Origin: Opitutia bacterium
GTDB taxonomy: Bacteria > Verrucomicrobiota > Verrucomicrobiia > Opitutales > T3Sed10-336
Direction: 5' to 3'
Assembly (NCBI GenBank): GCA_050506795.1
Contig: JBJHCF010000003.1
Span: 96,001-160,000, forward strand
Length of the DNA: 64,000 nucleotides
Positions 38,994-49,214 of this stretch are shown here, one piece after another. The first letter of the stretch is position 1. Every line of letters starts with the position of its first letter. The position numbers and the translations under genes were made by a program. The notes under the pieces are model-generated. The model had not been told where the DNA came from, made no database searches, and saw only the letters and a program-made list of their open reading frames with translations.

Positions 38994-41900
38994 AAACGTC
39001 GATACAGAACGAGATGATTCTCGCCTCGGCCGGATCGGGCAAGACGTACCGTCTGACCAATCGCTACCTTCGGCTGATGGCCCTGGGGGCGGAGCCGGAG
39101 CGTATCGTGGCGTTGACCTTCACCCGCAAGGCGGCGGGCGAGTTCTTCGATGAGATTCTGAAAAAACTGGCTTGGGCGGCGGAAGATACTTCCGCAGGGG
39201 CCGCTCTGGCGGAAGGCATTGGTTGTCCCGATCTCGATTCCGTCGCGGCAACGGAAATGTTGGCGACCCTGGTCGATCGAATGCACCTGTTGGAACTGGG
39301 AACCCTTGACGGTTTTTTCTATCGCATCGTGCGCAACTTTCCTTTCGAACTGGGACTTTCGGCCCCTCCGGAACTGCTTGATGAAAACGCCATGCGGACG
39401 GAGAAGCGCCGGGTGTTCCGGCATGTGTTCAGAACTCCGGGGCAAAGCGGAGAAGCCGCCCGGCGCGAGTTCATCGAAGCGTTCAAACAGGCCACCTGGG
39501 GGTCCGAGGAAAAACGGTTGTCTTCCAAACTCGACCGGTTTGTCGACGAGCATCATGAGGTTTACCTGGCGGCGCCCGAAAGAGAATTGTGGGGCGTGGA
39601 ACGCCGCATCTGGCCCGAGGGTTGCCGTTGGCTTGGCTCCCGTGTCGATCACCGGAAGGCGCTGGCCGTGCTGGAGGAAAGTTTCCGCAGGAGGGAACTT
39701 ACCGAGGGACAGCGCAAGGCCTGGGGCAAGCTTTTCGCCGCGGCGGAGGAATGGGAGCCGGGGTCACCCTGGAGGGCCGAGTTCAAAACCCCGGTGGGCA
39801 ACGCGCTCAAGGTTTGGCCCGATCTGGAAGCCGGGTCGGCTGAGTTTATGATCGGACGCAAGGCGCTGCCGCTCGACCGGGCCGAATGTGCCGCGTTGAG
39901 GGATCTGGTGCGTTGCCTCTTTGCGTCGGAACTGGAGAAAAAACTGCAGATCACCCGCGGCCTTTATGAGATCCTGCGCGGGTTTGAATCCGCTTATGCG
40001 GACCTGGTTCGGTCGGGGGGGCGTTTGACCTTCGGGGATATCCTGATACTGCTCGCCGGCGGCGGAGACCAGGGACAGCGCCCCCGATTGAGTCAGGATG
40101 ACCACGGTCCGGGCCGGCTGGCGATCAATTACCGGATCGATGGACACTACGATCACTGGCTGCTGGACGAGTTTCAGGATACCAGCTTCGTGCAGTGGCG
40201 CGCGTTGAGCGACCTGATCGATGAAGTCGTGCAGGATGCGGAAGGGCGACGCAGCTTTTTCTACGTGGGTGACGTCAAGCAGGCGATCTTCGCCTGGCGG
40301 GAGGGGGATTCCCGTTTGTTCCGTGAGATCTATGATCATTACAACTGGGCGGGGTCCGGCGCCGGTATTGTCGAGCAGCGCATGAGCGAATCGTGGCGCT
40401 CCTCGCCGGCGGTGATCGAAAGCGTCAACCGGGTTTTCGGAGATCATGAGATTCTCAAGACGCTGTTTCCCTCCGACGCGGTTGTCCGATGGACCGATGG
40501 TTGGGATTCGCATCGGGCGCGTCACGAAGAACGTCAGGGCTGCGTTCGATTTTTTCAGGCCCCCGACCGGGAGAGTCGTCACGCCGCGGTATTGGCCCTC
40601 CTGCGGGAAGTCGATCCGCTGGCGCGGGGCCTTTCCTGTGCCATCCTGGTGCAGAAAAACGATCAGGCCGCGGAAATTCTGCAGTACCTTCGGGCGCATG
40701 GTGAATTTCCCGTGGCCGGTGAAATGGATGTTCGACCGGGAACTGACAATCCGTTGGGCATGGCGCTGATATCCCTTTTTAAATGGGCGGCGTATCCGGG
40801 TGATACCTACGCCTGGGAGCATATTCGCATGACCCCGATCGGATCGGTAATTGAGGCGAGGCAATCTTCCGCCGGGTGGGATTCGGTGGCGCGCGGGATC
40901 CTGGAGTCGATTCACCGGGACGGTTTCGCCGTCACGGCTGCCGAATGGATCGCGCAGTTGGAGAGGATAAACGGCATGGACCCGTTCAACCGGGAACGGG
41001 GAGAAATCATCGTGACCGCAGCGCGAGCCTTCGACGCTTTGGGAAGGCGATCGGTGGCCGACTTTGTTGAGTTTCTCAGCGATTACTCCCGGCACGAAAC
41101 CGGCTCGGATGGCACGGTGCGGGTAATGACGATTCACAAATCCAAGGGCTTGGGATTCGATGTGGTGATCCTCCCCGAATTGCAGGGGGAGCGGCTGGAT
41201 GCCCGCCGGCGAAAGCTGGCCGTGAGCCGAACGGCGGCGCGCGAAGTGGAGTGGGTATTGGATCCTCCCGCCAGGCAGATCGTGGAGCACGATGCCGTCT
41301 TGGCGGCCCACGACCGGACGGCGGGTGCCGACGCCTGTTACGAACGCTTTTGCCAGCTGTACGTCGCTATGACGCGCGCGAAACGGGCGACGTATCTGGT
41401 GGCGGAGCCTCTGAAGAAAAGCGCTTCCTCGGCGAACTTCGTCCGGTGGCTGAACACCGCGTTGGCAAAAGGCGATCCGGTAAACGTTTCCTGTGGAGAT
41501 ACCGTCCTGGAATTGCTCTACGAGACGGGAAATCCCGAGTGGTACGGCGAATTCACGCCGCCGCCGGAGGCAGTGATCGCGGAAAGCGGACGGCGGGAGG
41601 CGCGGGAATACGGGGTGCGCGAGCGACGTCGCCGTGGAACCCCGTCGCGGGCCAAACCGCGGGCGGTTGGCGCGGAAGGGTTGTTTTCGCTGGACTCCCA
41701 TCGAAGCCTGGAATTCGGCAGCCGGGTCCACGAGATCTTCTCCCGTGTTGGCTGGATTGAATCCGGTACCGTGGAGGAGTTGGAGCGCATGCGGAACGTC
41801 GAGGCCGATTCGCCTTTGATGGTCCGGGCCTTTGATGAGGTGCTTGCCTGTTTGCGGGATCCGGCGGTTCGCGCCGCTTTGACCCGGCCTGAAGGCGAGG

Positions 41901-42181
41901 TGGAGGTCTGGAGGGAGCGGACTTTCGAAGTGATTCTCGACAAAGAATGGTTAACTGGAACCTTTGACCGCGTGACGCTGGTCAGCGGGCCGGAGGGAAC
42001 GATTCAGCGGGCGGAAATCATTGATTTCAAGACCGACAAGGGCGAAGGCGATCTGGCCGCATACACCCGGCAATTGGCTGCCTACCGGCGGGTTCTCGCT
42101 TTTATGACCGGTCTGCCGCCCAAGGGTATTCTTTGCCGTCTCCTTTACACCCACCACCGGGAATTGGTGACGGTTTTTTAG
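38990..42181 (+). CDS. addA: AddA-like UvrD helicase-nuclease
   Basis: ASAGSGKT, LTFTRKAAGE, LDEFQDTS, VGDVKQAIF, MTIHKSKGL, LYVAMTRA, GTFDRV...IIDFKT. Confidence 0.9.
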   Translation: MKTSIQNEMILASAGSGKTYRLTNRYLRLMALGAEPERIVALTFTRKAAGEFFDEILKKLAWAAEDTSAGAALAEGIGCPDLDSVAATEMLATLVDRMHLLELGTLDGFFYRIVRNFPFELGLSAPPELLDENAMRTEKRRVFRHVFRTPGQSGEAARREFIEAFKQATWGSEEKRLSSKLDRFVDEHHEVYLAAPERELWGVERRIWPEGCRWLGSRVDHRKALAVLEESFRRRELTEGQRKAWGKLFAAAEEWEPGSPWRAEFKTPVGNALKVWPDLEAGSAEFMIGRKALPLDRAECAALRDLVRCLFASELEKKLQITRGLYEILRGFESAYADLVRSGGRLTFGDILILLAGGGDQGQRPRLSQDDHGPGRLAINYRIDGHYDHWLLDEFQDTSFVQWRALSDLIDEVVQDAEGRRSFFYVGDVKQAIFAWREGDSRLFREIYDHYNWAGSGAGIVEQRMSESWRSSPAVIESVNRVFGDHEILKTLFPSDAVVRWTDGWDSHRARHEERQGCVRFFQAPDRESRHAAVLALLREVDPLARGLSCAILVQKNDQAAEILQYLRAHGEFPVAGEMDVRPGTDNPLGMALISLFKWAAYPGDTYAWEHIRMTPIGSVIEARQSSAGWDSVARGILESIHRDGFAVTAAEWIAQLERINGMDPFNRERGEIIVTAARAFDALGRRSVADFVEFLSDYSRHETGSDGTVRVMTIHKSKGLGFDVVILPELQGERLDARRRKLAVSRTAAREVEWVLDPPARQIVEHDAVLAAHDRTAGADACYERFCQLYVAMTRAKRATYLVAEPLKKSASSANFVRWLNTALAKGDPVNVSCGDTVLELLYETGNPEWYGEFTPPPEAVIAESGRREAREYGVRERRRRGTPSRAKPRAVGAEGLFSLDSHRSLEFGSRVHEIFSRVGWIESGTVEELERMRNVEADSPLMVRAFDEVLACLRDPAVRAALTRPEGEVEVWRERTFEVILDKEWLTGTFDRVTLVSGPEGTIQRAEIIDFKTDKGEGDLAAYTRQLAAYRRVLAFMTGLPPKGILCRLLYTHHRELVTVF

Positions 42182-42471
42182 GTTCTGAAAAATCAGCGTT
42201 CGTTATTTCAAACGAGTGGCGAAAGGACAGGTAAACAAAGTATAAAAAGTGGGATTCTGTTTGACTGCGAAGTGGTTTTCCCTCCGTTACCGGCATTGGG
42301 ATGCTTCGTTAGGTTCTATGGATGAACGACTTGGCTTGGATAAACGATCGTATTTGACCGGAATGTTCCAACGTGATGTCCCTAACGTTAAAAGCTGGAT
42401 TACAGTTGCGAAACAAATGACTTGGCTGCAAATATCGTGCTTGTTTCCCACTTAAGTGATAGGAGTAAGTT

Positions 42472-43131
42472 ATGATCAGACGACATGCGGCAGCTATTGT
42501 GACTGCTTTTCTCGTGCCTGTGGCATTGGGCGCCCAGCTTGCGTTCGAGCAAACGGAGATTCGTGTGGAGCTTGATTTTGGCGCCGAACGAGTCAGCCGG
42601 GATTTTGTCTTTACCAACGAGGGAGATTTTCCGGTGGAGATTCTGGAAGTGCGCAGCAGTTGCGGGTGCACCACGGCGGCCCTGGATAAGACCGTTTATG
42701 AGCCGGGAGAAAGCGGCAGGATAACGGCGGAGTTCGAGGTGGGTCAACGGGTGGGCGAGCAGTCCAATCCCATTATGATCCGCACCGACAATGCCGAGCG
42801 GTCCATTCATTCGCTTGTGCTGTTTGTGGACATTCCCAGGGCGCTGACGCTTTCTCATCGATTTCTGATCTGGCAACGCGATGCCGACCCGGATACCCGT
42901 CGGGTGGAGGTCGTTTTCCATCCGAATGCACCCTACCGCCTGGAAGAGGTAGAAGTCGAAGGCGAAGCTTTCCGGGTCGAACTGACCAAGGACGAGGACG
43001 TGGAAGGCCGTTATTATCTTGATGTTACACCGCTGAACCTTTCGGAGTCCGACCGGGCGGCGATCGTTCTTCGTACAGATCCCGAGCCCTCGACTCCCCG
43101 GGCCTTCTCGCTTTACGCCTACGTCCGTTAA
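42472..43131 (+). CDS. DUF1573 domain secreted protein
   Basis: FVFTNEGDFPVEILEVRSSCGCTTA...PGESGRI. Confidence 0.85.
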   Translation: MIRRHAAAIVTAFLVPVALGAQLAFEQTEIRVELDFGAERVSRDFVFTNEGDFPVEILEVRSSCGCTTAALDKTVYEPGESGRITAEFEVGQRVGEQSNPIMIRTDNAERSIHSLVLFVDIPRALTLSHRFLIWQRDADPDTRRVEVVFHPNAPYRLEEVEVEGEAFRVELTKDEDVEGRYYLDVTPLNLSESDRAAIVLRTDPEPSTPRAFSLYAYVR

Positions 43132-43172
43132 GCAGCAAAGCTCTTACGATCCACGGTGTGGCAAACAATTGT

Positions 43173-43206
43173 CCGCCAGATGTCTTGGCGGCATCTGGCG
43201 GTTTTC
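43173..43206. terminator. Terminator between convergent genes
   Basis: CCGCCAGATG...CATCTGGCGG followed by TTTT. Confidence 0.65.
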
Positions 43207-43222
43207 GTTTAGTGGGTGGCTA

Positions 43223-44365
43223 TCACTCGCGGGGCAGGAATTCGACATGCAGTCGAATGAACCGCCGGGGTGTTTCGCTTGAGATCGGCTCGGGGTCGGT
43301 GACACGATAGCGGGGAACGCCGTCGTGGTCGGGTTCGACGCTTTCCCAGGTACCGTTCAGGGGTTGCCAGGAAACCAGATCCTCGCTGACCTGGACTTCG
43401 TAAAGGAGGTCGCTGCGATCGTCGCGTTCCGCTTCACCTTCCGGCCGGCGTACCACAAGCGAGAGAAAGCTTTCCTCTCCGTTGCTCACAATCTCGGGTT
43501 GCGGCAGGTAGGGGGCGGCGTTTTCCGCGGGCGGGTATCCAAGGGCGTAGGCCAGGAGATTGGGGTGACCGTCGCCCGAAATATCGGCCGTAAGGGCGGC
43601 GTGAGGCTCGCGGGCTTCTTCCCGAAAATGACTCACGATCCACCAGTCGATCGGCGCGGGATCGACGAGAAAATAGAACGGGTGCGGCTGGCCCGAGGTT
43701 TCCTCACCCGAAGTCAGAACACCGTGGGGCCGAAACCAAAGCAGGTAGATCCCGGGATCGCGAAAAATCCAGTTCTGATGGGAATGTCCGCCGGCGAATT
43801 CCCGCTTCGTCCCATAGGGCGGTTCGGCGGAGGTGCTGTCCATTAGGAGGTCGAGATTGTTCGGGCCGCCGGTGTAGAGGAAGAAGTCTCCGGCGCCGTC
43901 GAAGTCGGACAATTCGATAAAAAACTCCCCGCCAGATGGCCCCTGGAAAACGCCCTGACCGACCCCGTAGCCGTTGAACCCGAGGAAAACTACGCCCTCG
44001 AGTTCCGTGGTGATGACGCGATAGTAGCTGTCACCCGCCTGTCCGAGAAAGGAGAGGGTGGGGGGCGGATCGGATTCCAGGGTCCGTTTGGACGCTTCGG
44101 TCAGGTGGAGAATTGTCCGGTCGGGGGTCAGAATTTCACCCGTTTCGCCGGGGACGTTGAAGGCCCCGCGGTCGACCGTCATGGTCCATTCGTCCTCCAC
44201 CGGATCGTATCCCGTGCTCAAGTCGGTGTGTTCTTCGAAAACGACCACCCAGTCTTTCCAGGCGACCGCACCGGCCCACGCCGGCACCGGCAGACCGACC
44301 GCAGTAAACAGGTGGCCCAGTCCGATCAAAAAGACGACCGCCGATCTGATACTCTGCTCCCTCAT
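43223..44365 (-). CDS. Secreted protein with choice-of-anchor-M / TIGR03769-like domain and verrucomicrobial C-terminal domain
   Basis: EHTDL...VFLGF...GGHSHQNWIFRDPGIY; C-terminal DGHPNLLAYALG...SEDLVSW...FIRLHV. Confidence 0.7.
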   Translation of the reverse strand: MREQSIRSAVVFLIGLGHLFTAVGLPVPAWAGAVAWKDWVVVFEEHTDLSTGYDPVEDEWTMTVDRGAFNVPGETGEILTPDRTILHLTEASKRTLESDPPPTLSFLGQAGDSYYRVITTELEGVVFLGFNGYGVGQGVFQGPSGGEFFIELSDFDGAGDFFLYTGGPNNLDLLMDSTSAEPPYGTKREFAGGHSHQNWIFRDPGIYLLWFRPHGVLTSGEETSGQPHPFYFLVDPAPIDWWIVSHFREEAREPHAALTADISGDGHPNLLAYALGYPPAENAAPYLPQPEIVSNGEESFLSLVVRRPEGEAERDDRSDLLYEVQVSEDLVSWQPLNGTWESVEPDHDGVPRYRVTDPEPISSETPRRFIRLHVEFLPRE

Positions 44366-45081
44366 TTCGCCCGGGCTTCCGGAGGCAGGGCAATATTGAT
44401 GCCGCTTTCGATCTGGCGGCGAACCTCCGCCGCGGGAATGGTTTCGACATGGCCGTCGGCATACAAATAGTTTGCCGTGCCCTGGGTGCGATCCGTGCTG
44501 CGGCTTCCCGCGTGATGGCGATCGGGGGCGATGTCGTTGATGACCGCGGCCCAGTTATTGGCCCAGGATGAGGCATGAGTGTGGTCTTCGGTGACGGCAA
44601 GCCCGCGCGAATCGGAGCCGATAAAAGCGAGTTTCGTCTGGGACGGAGATCGCAGCCGGTCGAGGCGACGAAAATCGTTGCCCACGGGTTGACCAAGTTC
44701 GTCCTCGGCGGCGAAAAAAACCAGGTCGTTCATCAGATAACTGGTGGCGTAGTCGATCCGCCGCATTTCATCAGCCCGCGGATCGGCGGGGCAGATGCGA
44801 ACGTCGTCCACATCGTCGAGATAGGGCCGCAGGGAATAAATCCACGACTCTTCGGGGTTAATGTGGGCCGTGCCCGGAAGCCATCCGTTATGGTCGTCCG
44901 CGAATAACCGCAGGGCGGTCCCCAGTTGCCGCATGTTGGACGCGCATTTGGCCCGGTGAGCGGATGCCCGGACCTGACCGACCACCGGGATCAGGATCGA
45001 CGCCAGGATCCCTATGATGGCAATCACGGTCAGGAGTTCGATCAGGGTGAACCCGGCCCGCGGTTTTCCGGTGGTGGTCAT
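44362..45081 (-). CDS. Prepilin-type N-terminal cleavage/methylation protein, H-X9-DG type
   Basis: [46 protein letters not shown]. Confidence 0.9.
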   Translation of the reverse strand: MTTTGKPRAGFTLIELLTVIAIIGILASILIPVVGQVRASAHRAKCASNMRQLGTALRLFADDHNGWLPGTAHINPEESWIYSLRPYLDDVDDVRICPADPRADEMRRIDYATSYLMNDLVFFAAEDELGQPVGNDFRRLDRLRSPSQTKLAFIGSDSRGLAVTEDHTHASSWANNWAAVINDIAPDRHHAGSRSTDRTQGTANYLYADGHVETIPAAEVRRQIESGINIALPPEARAK

Positions 45082-45218
45082 TTATCGCAAAAAGTTGGCA
45101 ATATGTGGCAAGAGTGCAAGTGTCTTTTTTAATAAGACCTCGGCGGAGCGGAAAAATTCCACGTTTCCGTGGTGGATTTCGGTTATAGTTAACCTGCGAA
45201 CGATAATGACGATCGGTC

Positions 45219-46124
45219 CTATTCCCGCAGCTTTCTTCCGGTAGACAGCAGGTAATAGGCGGCGGCGCCGAAAACCGCGACCGAAGCCGCTACCAGAAGC
45301 AGTCCGAGTCCGACCGGAACGTCGCTGACCCCGGTCATGCCGTAGCGTAGCCCGTTCACCATGTAGAGAATCGGATTGGCCAGCGATAGGGTGTCCCACG
45401 GGGCGGGAAGCATTTCGATGGAGTAAAAAACGCCACCCAGGAACGTCAACGGCATGAGAAGAAACGCCGGGAACAGGTTGATGTGATCGAAATCTTCCGC
45501 CAGGATGGCCACCGTCAGCCCGAAAAGCGCGAAGGCGGTCGAGGTCAGGATCATAAACAGCAGGGTGAATGCCGGGTTGTGCAGAGTGGATGCGCCCATG
45601 ACGCCCGCAACCAGCCAAATCATGCAACCGATGATCATTGCCCGCAACAGCGAGGCGGCGATGTAACCGACAATGAGCTGGATTGGAGTCAGGGGGGTCA
45701 GAAGCACGTCCACCACCGAACCGTGCACCTTGGAAATAAAGAGGGAAAATCCGGTATTCAGGAAGGCGTTGTTGATCAGGTTCAGCATGATCAGCCCCGG
45801 GACCAGAAAGTCGACGTAGGGCACGCCTTGAATCTCCTCGAGGCGGCTGCCGAGGGAATAACCGAACACCACGAACCAAAGCATGGTGGTGAGAACCGGG
45901 CTCACGATGGTTTGTCCGGCGACTCTCATAAACCTCGCCAGTTCGCGACGAAACAGCATCCAGGTCCCCAACCAGCCGCGGTTGTCGAGGGCGCGCTGTT
46001 CGACGCGGCTGATGTGTCGGCGCGCGGCCTCTTCCACAGCGGGGGGCAGCACACCCTCGTCGCTGTCCGTCGGCGAGGACTGCTGCCTGAAGGTGAGTTC
46101 GGTGGCGGGATTGTTAGTATTCAT
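45219..46124 (-). CDS. ABC-2 type exporter permease (YadH-like)
   Basis: QTIVSPVLTTMLWF, YVDFLVPGLIM, PLTFLGGVFYSI, NPILYMVNGLRYG; start uncertain. Confidence 0.88.
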   Translation of the reverse strand: MNTNNPATELTFRQQSSPTDSDEGVLPPAVEEAARRHISRVEQRALDNRGWLGTWMLFRRELARFMRVAGQTIVSPVLTTMLWFVVFGYSLGSRLEEIQGVPYVDFLVPGLIMLNLINNAFLNTGFSLFISKVHGSVVDVLLTPLTPIQLIVGYIAASLLRAMIIGCMIWLVAGVMGASTLHNPAFTLLFMILTSTAFALFGLTVAILAEDFDHINLFPAFLLMPLTFLGGVFYSIEMLPAPWDTLSLANPILYMVNGLRYGMTGVSDVPVGLGLLLVAASVAVFGAAAYYLLSTGRKLRE

Positions 46125-46158
46125 GGTCGGGGGATGGTATTCGCATATCGTGGCCGTT

Positions 46159-47115
46159 TCAGGAATCCGCGTGCACGACCTCGCGGAAGATATCTTCCAG
46201 GCGACTGCGGCCGCCATCCAGGGTTTCAATTTCCAGACCGGCGCCTTGAATGGCCTGGGTCAGACGACGAACGGGGGCGCCGTCACCGCCGGTGCCGTGA
46301 TCCCGTTCGGGAAAGCTGATACGCACCCGGTCGGGTTGGGGCGTTTCCGGATGTAGACCTTCAAGGGCGTTAAGCAGTTCTCCGGTAGCCGGAGCCGAGA
46401 GGCGAACCTCGATCCAACGTCTGCCGAAATCCCGCATCAGGCTTTCCCGCGTGTCGACCCGCAGCAGGCGGCCGCGATTCACGATGCCGATTCGGTCGGC
46501 CAGGTTCTCCGCCTCCTCCAGGTAATGAGTGGTCAGCACGATGGTGGTGCCGGTATCGCGAAGTTTCTGAATGTAGGCCCAGAGCTCCTCGCGCAGATCC
46601 ACGTCGACTCCCGCGGTGGGTTCGTCGAGGAAAAGCAGGGCCGGCTCGTGCATCAGGGCTTTGCAGACCATTAGCCGGCGCTTCATGCCGCCGGAGAGTT
46701 TACGGGTATTCGCCTGGGCTTTTTCCGTAAGGGCAAAGGTTTTCAACAGATTCTCGGTGCGACGGCGAAGGTCCCGGCCACCAAAGTAGCCGCCCTGATA
46801 ACGAACCGTTTCGGCGGTGGGAAAGAAGCCGTCGAAGTTCAATTCCTGCGGCACCAGTCCCACCAGTTGGCGGGTGATACGATAATCGGTGCGCACATTG
46901 TATCCGGCGACGCGGATTTCGCCTTCGTAACGCGATATTAGTCCGGTAATGCAGCCGATCATCGTGGTTTTGCCGGCACCGTTCACCCCGAGCAGGGCGA
47001 AAATCTCGCCCGGCGCGATGTCCAGAGAAACGTTGTTTACCGCGGTGAGATCGCCGTAGCGTTTGGTCAGGTTGCGAATGGAAAGAAGGTGGGATTGCGA
47101 ATAAGGTTCGACCAT
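46159..47115 (-). CDS. ABC transporter ATP-binding protein (YadG-like)
   Basis: GVNGAGKTT, LSGGMKRR, LDEPTAGVD, TTHYLEEAE. Confidence 0.93.
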   Translation of the reverse strand: MVEPYSQSHLLSIRNLTKRYGDLTAVNNVSLDIAPGEIFALLGVNGAGKTTMIGCITGLISRYEGEIRVAGYNVRTDYRITRQLVGLVPQELNFDGFFPTAETVRYQGGYFGGRDLRRRTENLLKTFALTEKAQANTRKLSGGMKRRLMVCKALMHEPALLFLDEPTAGVDVDLREELWAYIQKLRDTGTTIVLTTHYLEEAENLADRIGIVNRGRLLRVDTRESLMRDFGRRWIEVRLSAPATGELLNALEGLHPETPQPDRVRISFPERDHGTGGDGAPVRRLTQAIQGAGLEIETLDGGRSRLEDIFREVVHADS

Positions 47116-47210
47116 TGTACTGAACGGCGCTGTTGATCAGGATTTGGCATTGAGGCCGCGACCGGCAAAGCCTTTACTTCTTACCTGAATCGAGGGGAAA
47201 CGCAAGAATC

Positions 47211-49214
47211 ATGGATCTTAAGGAGTTTTGGGACGAACTGAACGCTCCCGCCAAACCATTGCTGGAGCAGCGCTGGCCGGAAAACCGACGTTTCGGGTTC
47301 GTTGACGCGTTGCGGGAGATTCTTCCCGAGAAGCAAAGCCGTCTGGCGACCACCTTTCGCATTGCCCGGGAATTTGGTGACGTGCCCATTCTCGCGGTGG
47401 CGGGTCCCATCAACGGCGGCAAGTCCTCCCTGGTAAGCACTTTTCTAAGCGAGCGCGGTCGCGACAGGATCCCTACCGGATTGAGCGGTCGCGACGGAAC
47501 GCAGCGATTTGTTTTGTGGATTCCGCGTTCCTGGGAGCAGGACGAGGCGGTCTACACCCGGTTGGAGGAAATGCTGGCATTGGTCTTCGATGCGCTTCCC
47601 GAAAGACTGCCGGAGGACCCGGAGGAAGCTCGTGCGCTCTACGCGGATGTGGAAGCGTTTTCCCGCCCTTTGATTGCCTCCGATTCCGAACTCGATCGGC
47701 ATGGAATCGCGCTGATGGATTGTCCCGACATGCAGCGTCAGCATTCCGGGGAGGAGACGGGAGAAAACCGGCGATTGGAGGCGATCGTCAGGGCGTCCGA
47801 ACTCTGCGCCGGGGTAATTATCGTCACCCCCCGTTCTCAATTGGAAATCCGCGACCTGGCCGAACTCGTGCGCCGGCGTCTGCCTCAGGCGGTCCGGGTT
47901 TACGCCGTCAATCTGATCCGTCCGCCCGAACCCCCGGAAGTGGTTTACCGCGAGTTGCTCCTGGCCTTGGGAAAAGAGGAAGAAGACGTCATTTGCTACG
48001 GCGCCTATGATTTCCTGGTGCCGTCGTCCCGCGATTTCGCGCCTCCCTGGGACGAGTCCCCGAACCGGCCGGAGGAACTGCGCACGCCTTGTTTTTTTCG
48101 GGTTTTTCCGCAGGCGGATAAGAATCGTCCGGAAAGTGTTGCTTCCGACCGATCCATCCTGAGGCTGGCGGAGTGTATCCGTCCGGCCATGATGCGACAG
48201 AGGCGCCGGCAGGAGATTGTGGAGGATCTGTCGCGCCAGGTGCGCGAAGGCATCGAGGGACTCGAAAAACGGTCGGAAGCGGACCGGGAGCGAATGGCTC
48301 TGGCGGCTGAAGAACTTTACCTCCTGGCGCGGGACCTGATGCACGACGCCGACGGGCGTTTGCGTATCAAAATCGATCCGGCCATTGTCATGAGCTTTAA
48401 GGAAAGTATGGAACGGACGGCGCCTCTGCACCTGAAGCCGGTCATGGCCATGCGCCGCCGCATGGTCGATCGAGCGGCCGAGGCGGTTGGGCGAGGCCGC
48501 GACGCCATCGTGCGTGCTTTTCCCTGGATGCGCGTGCGCGGCGGACGGTATGAGACCATAAAAAGCCGGCTGCAGAAACGATTGATCCAGGAGGAGGACA
48601 TTCGCCAACTTCTCGAACGCTGGGCGGTGGCGGCGAAGGTCGACGCTCTGGACCGCGCCTGGGATACGGAAGCGCGTGAAATCCTGGAGCGTTATCGGGT
48701 AGAGGAAAGTACCGACATGACTCCGGAGGATTGGGACCGAATCACGCGCCGGATCTGGAAAAGCACCGGAAGGTTGCGGGCCACGGTGACGATTTTCGGT
48801 TCCTTCTTTGCCGGATTGGTCGCGGTGATTCTGATTCCATTCGACGGAGGCGTCTCGGTGCTCGGTATCACGGCCCTGGAATTGCTTGGAGTGCTCGGCT
48901 TCAGCGGCCTGATCGCCGGCGGTACCCTCAAATTGCTGGAAGAAGAGATGAAAGAAAAAATCGGCTACCGCCAATTCGGAAACTTTCTCGCCATCGCCGG
49001 GGATCGTATCGGAGTGCCTCGCGAGATGACGAACGAGGTCCTGCACCAACACAGTTTCCTGGAGCCCGCCATGGAGACGGCCCCCGCAGACCGAACTTTC
49101 GGCGCCGCGGAGGTCGGTTGGCGGCTTTGCCGGGTCGATCCGCAACGCCGGAAAGCGCTGTTCCGCACGCTTGACCGTTTTACCCGGGAGGAACATGTCG
49201 CCCACACCGCTTGA
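47211..49214 (+). CDS. P-loop GTPase with C-terminal hydrophobic segments (dynamin-like)
   Basis: G1 GPINGGKS, G3-like DCPD, helical middle region, hydrophobic C-terminal segments. Confidence 0.6.
   Translation: MDLKEFWDELNAPAKPLLEQRWPENRRFGFVDALREILPEKQSRLATTFRIAREFGDVPILAVAGPINGGKSSLVSTFLSERGRDRIPTGLSGRDGTQRFVLWIPRSWEQDEAVYTRLEEMLALVFDALPERLPEDPEEARALYADVEAFSRPLIASDSELDRHGIALMDCPDMQRQHSGEETGENRRLEAIVRASELCAGVIIVTPRSQLEIRDLAELVRRRLPQAVRVYAVNLIRPPEPPEVVYRELLLALGKEEEDVICYGAYDFLVPSSRDFAPPWDESPNRPEELRTPCFFRVFPQADKNRPESVASDRSILRLAECIRPAMMRQRRRQEIVEDLSRQVREGIEGLEKRSEADRERMALAAEELYLLARDLMHDADGRLRIKIDPAIVMSFKESMERTAPLHLKPVMAMRRRMVDRAAEAVGRGRDAIVRAFPWMRVRGGRYETIKSRLQKRLIQEEDIRQLLERWAVAAKVDALDRAWDTEAREILERYRVEESTDMTPEDWDRITRRIWKSTGRLRATVTIFGSFFAGLVAVILIPFDGGVSVLGITALELLGVLGFSGLIAGGTLKLLEEEMKEKIGYRQFGNFLAIAGDRIGVPREMTNEVLHQHSFLEPAMETAPADRTFGAAEVGWRLCRVDPQRRKALFRTLDRFTREEHVAHTA

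Noticed and set aside
36156..42181. addAB as part of the CRISPR/defence locus
   Set aside because: Ordinary housekeeping recombination genes 9 kb away with unrelated genes in between.
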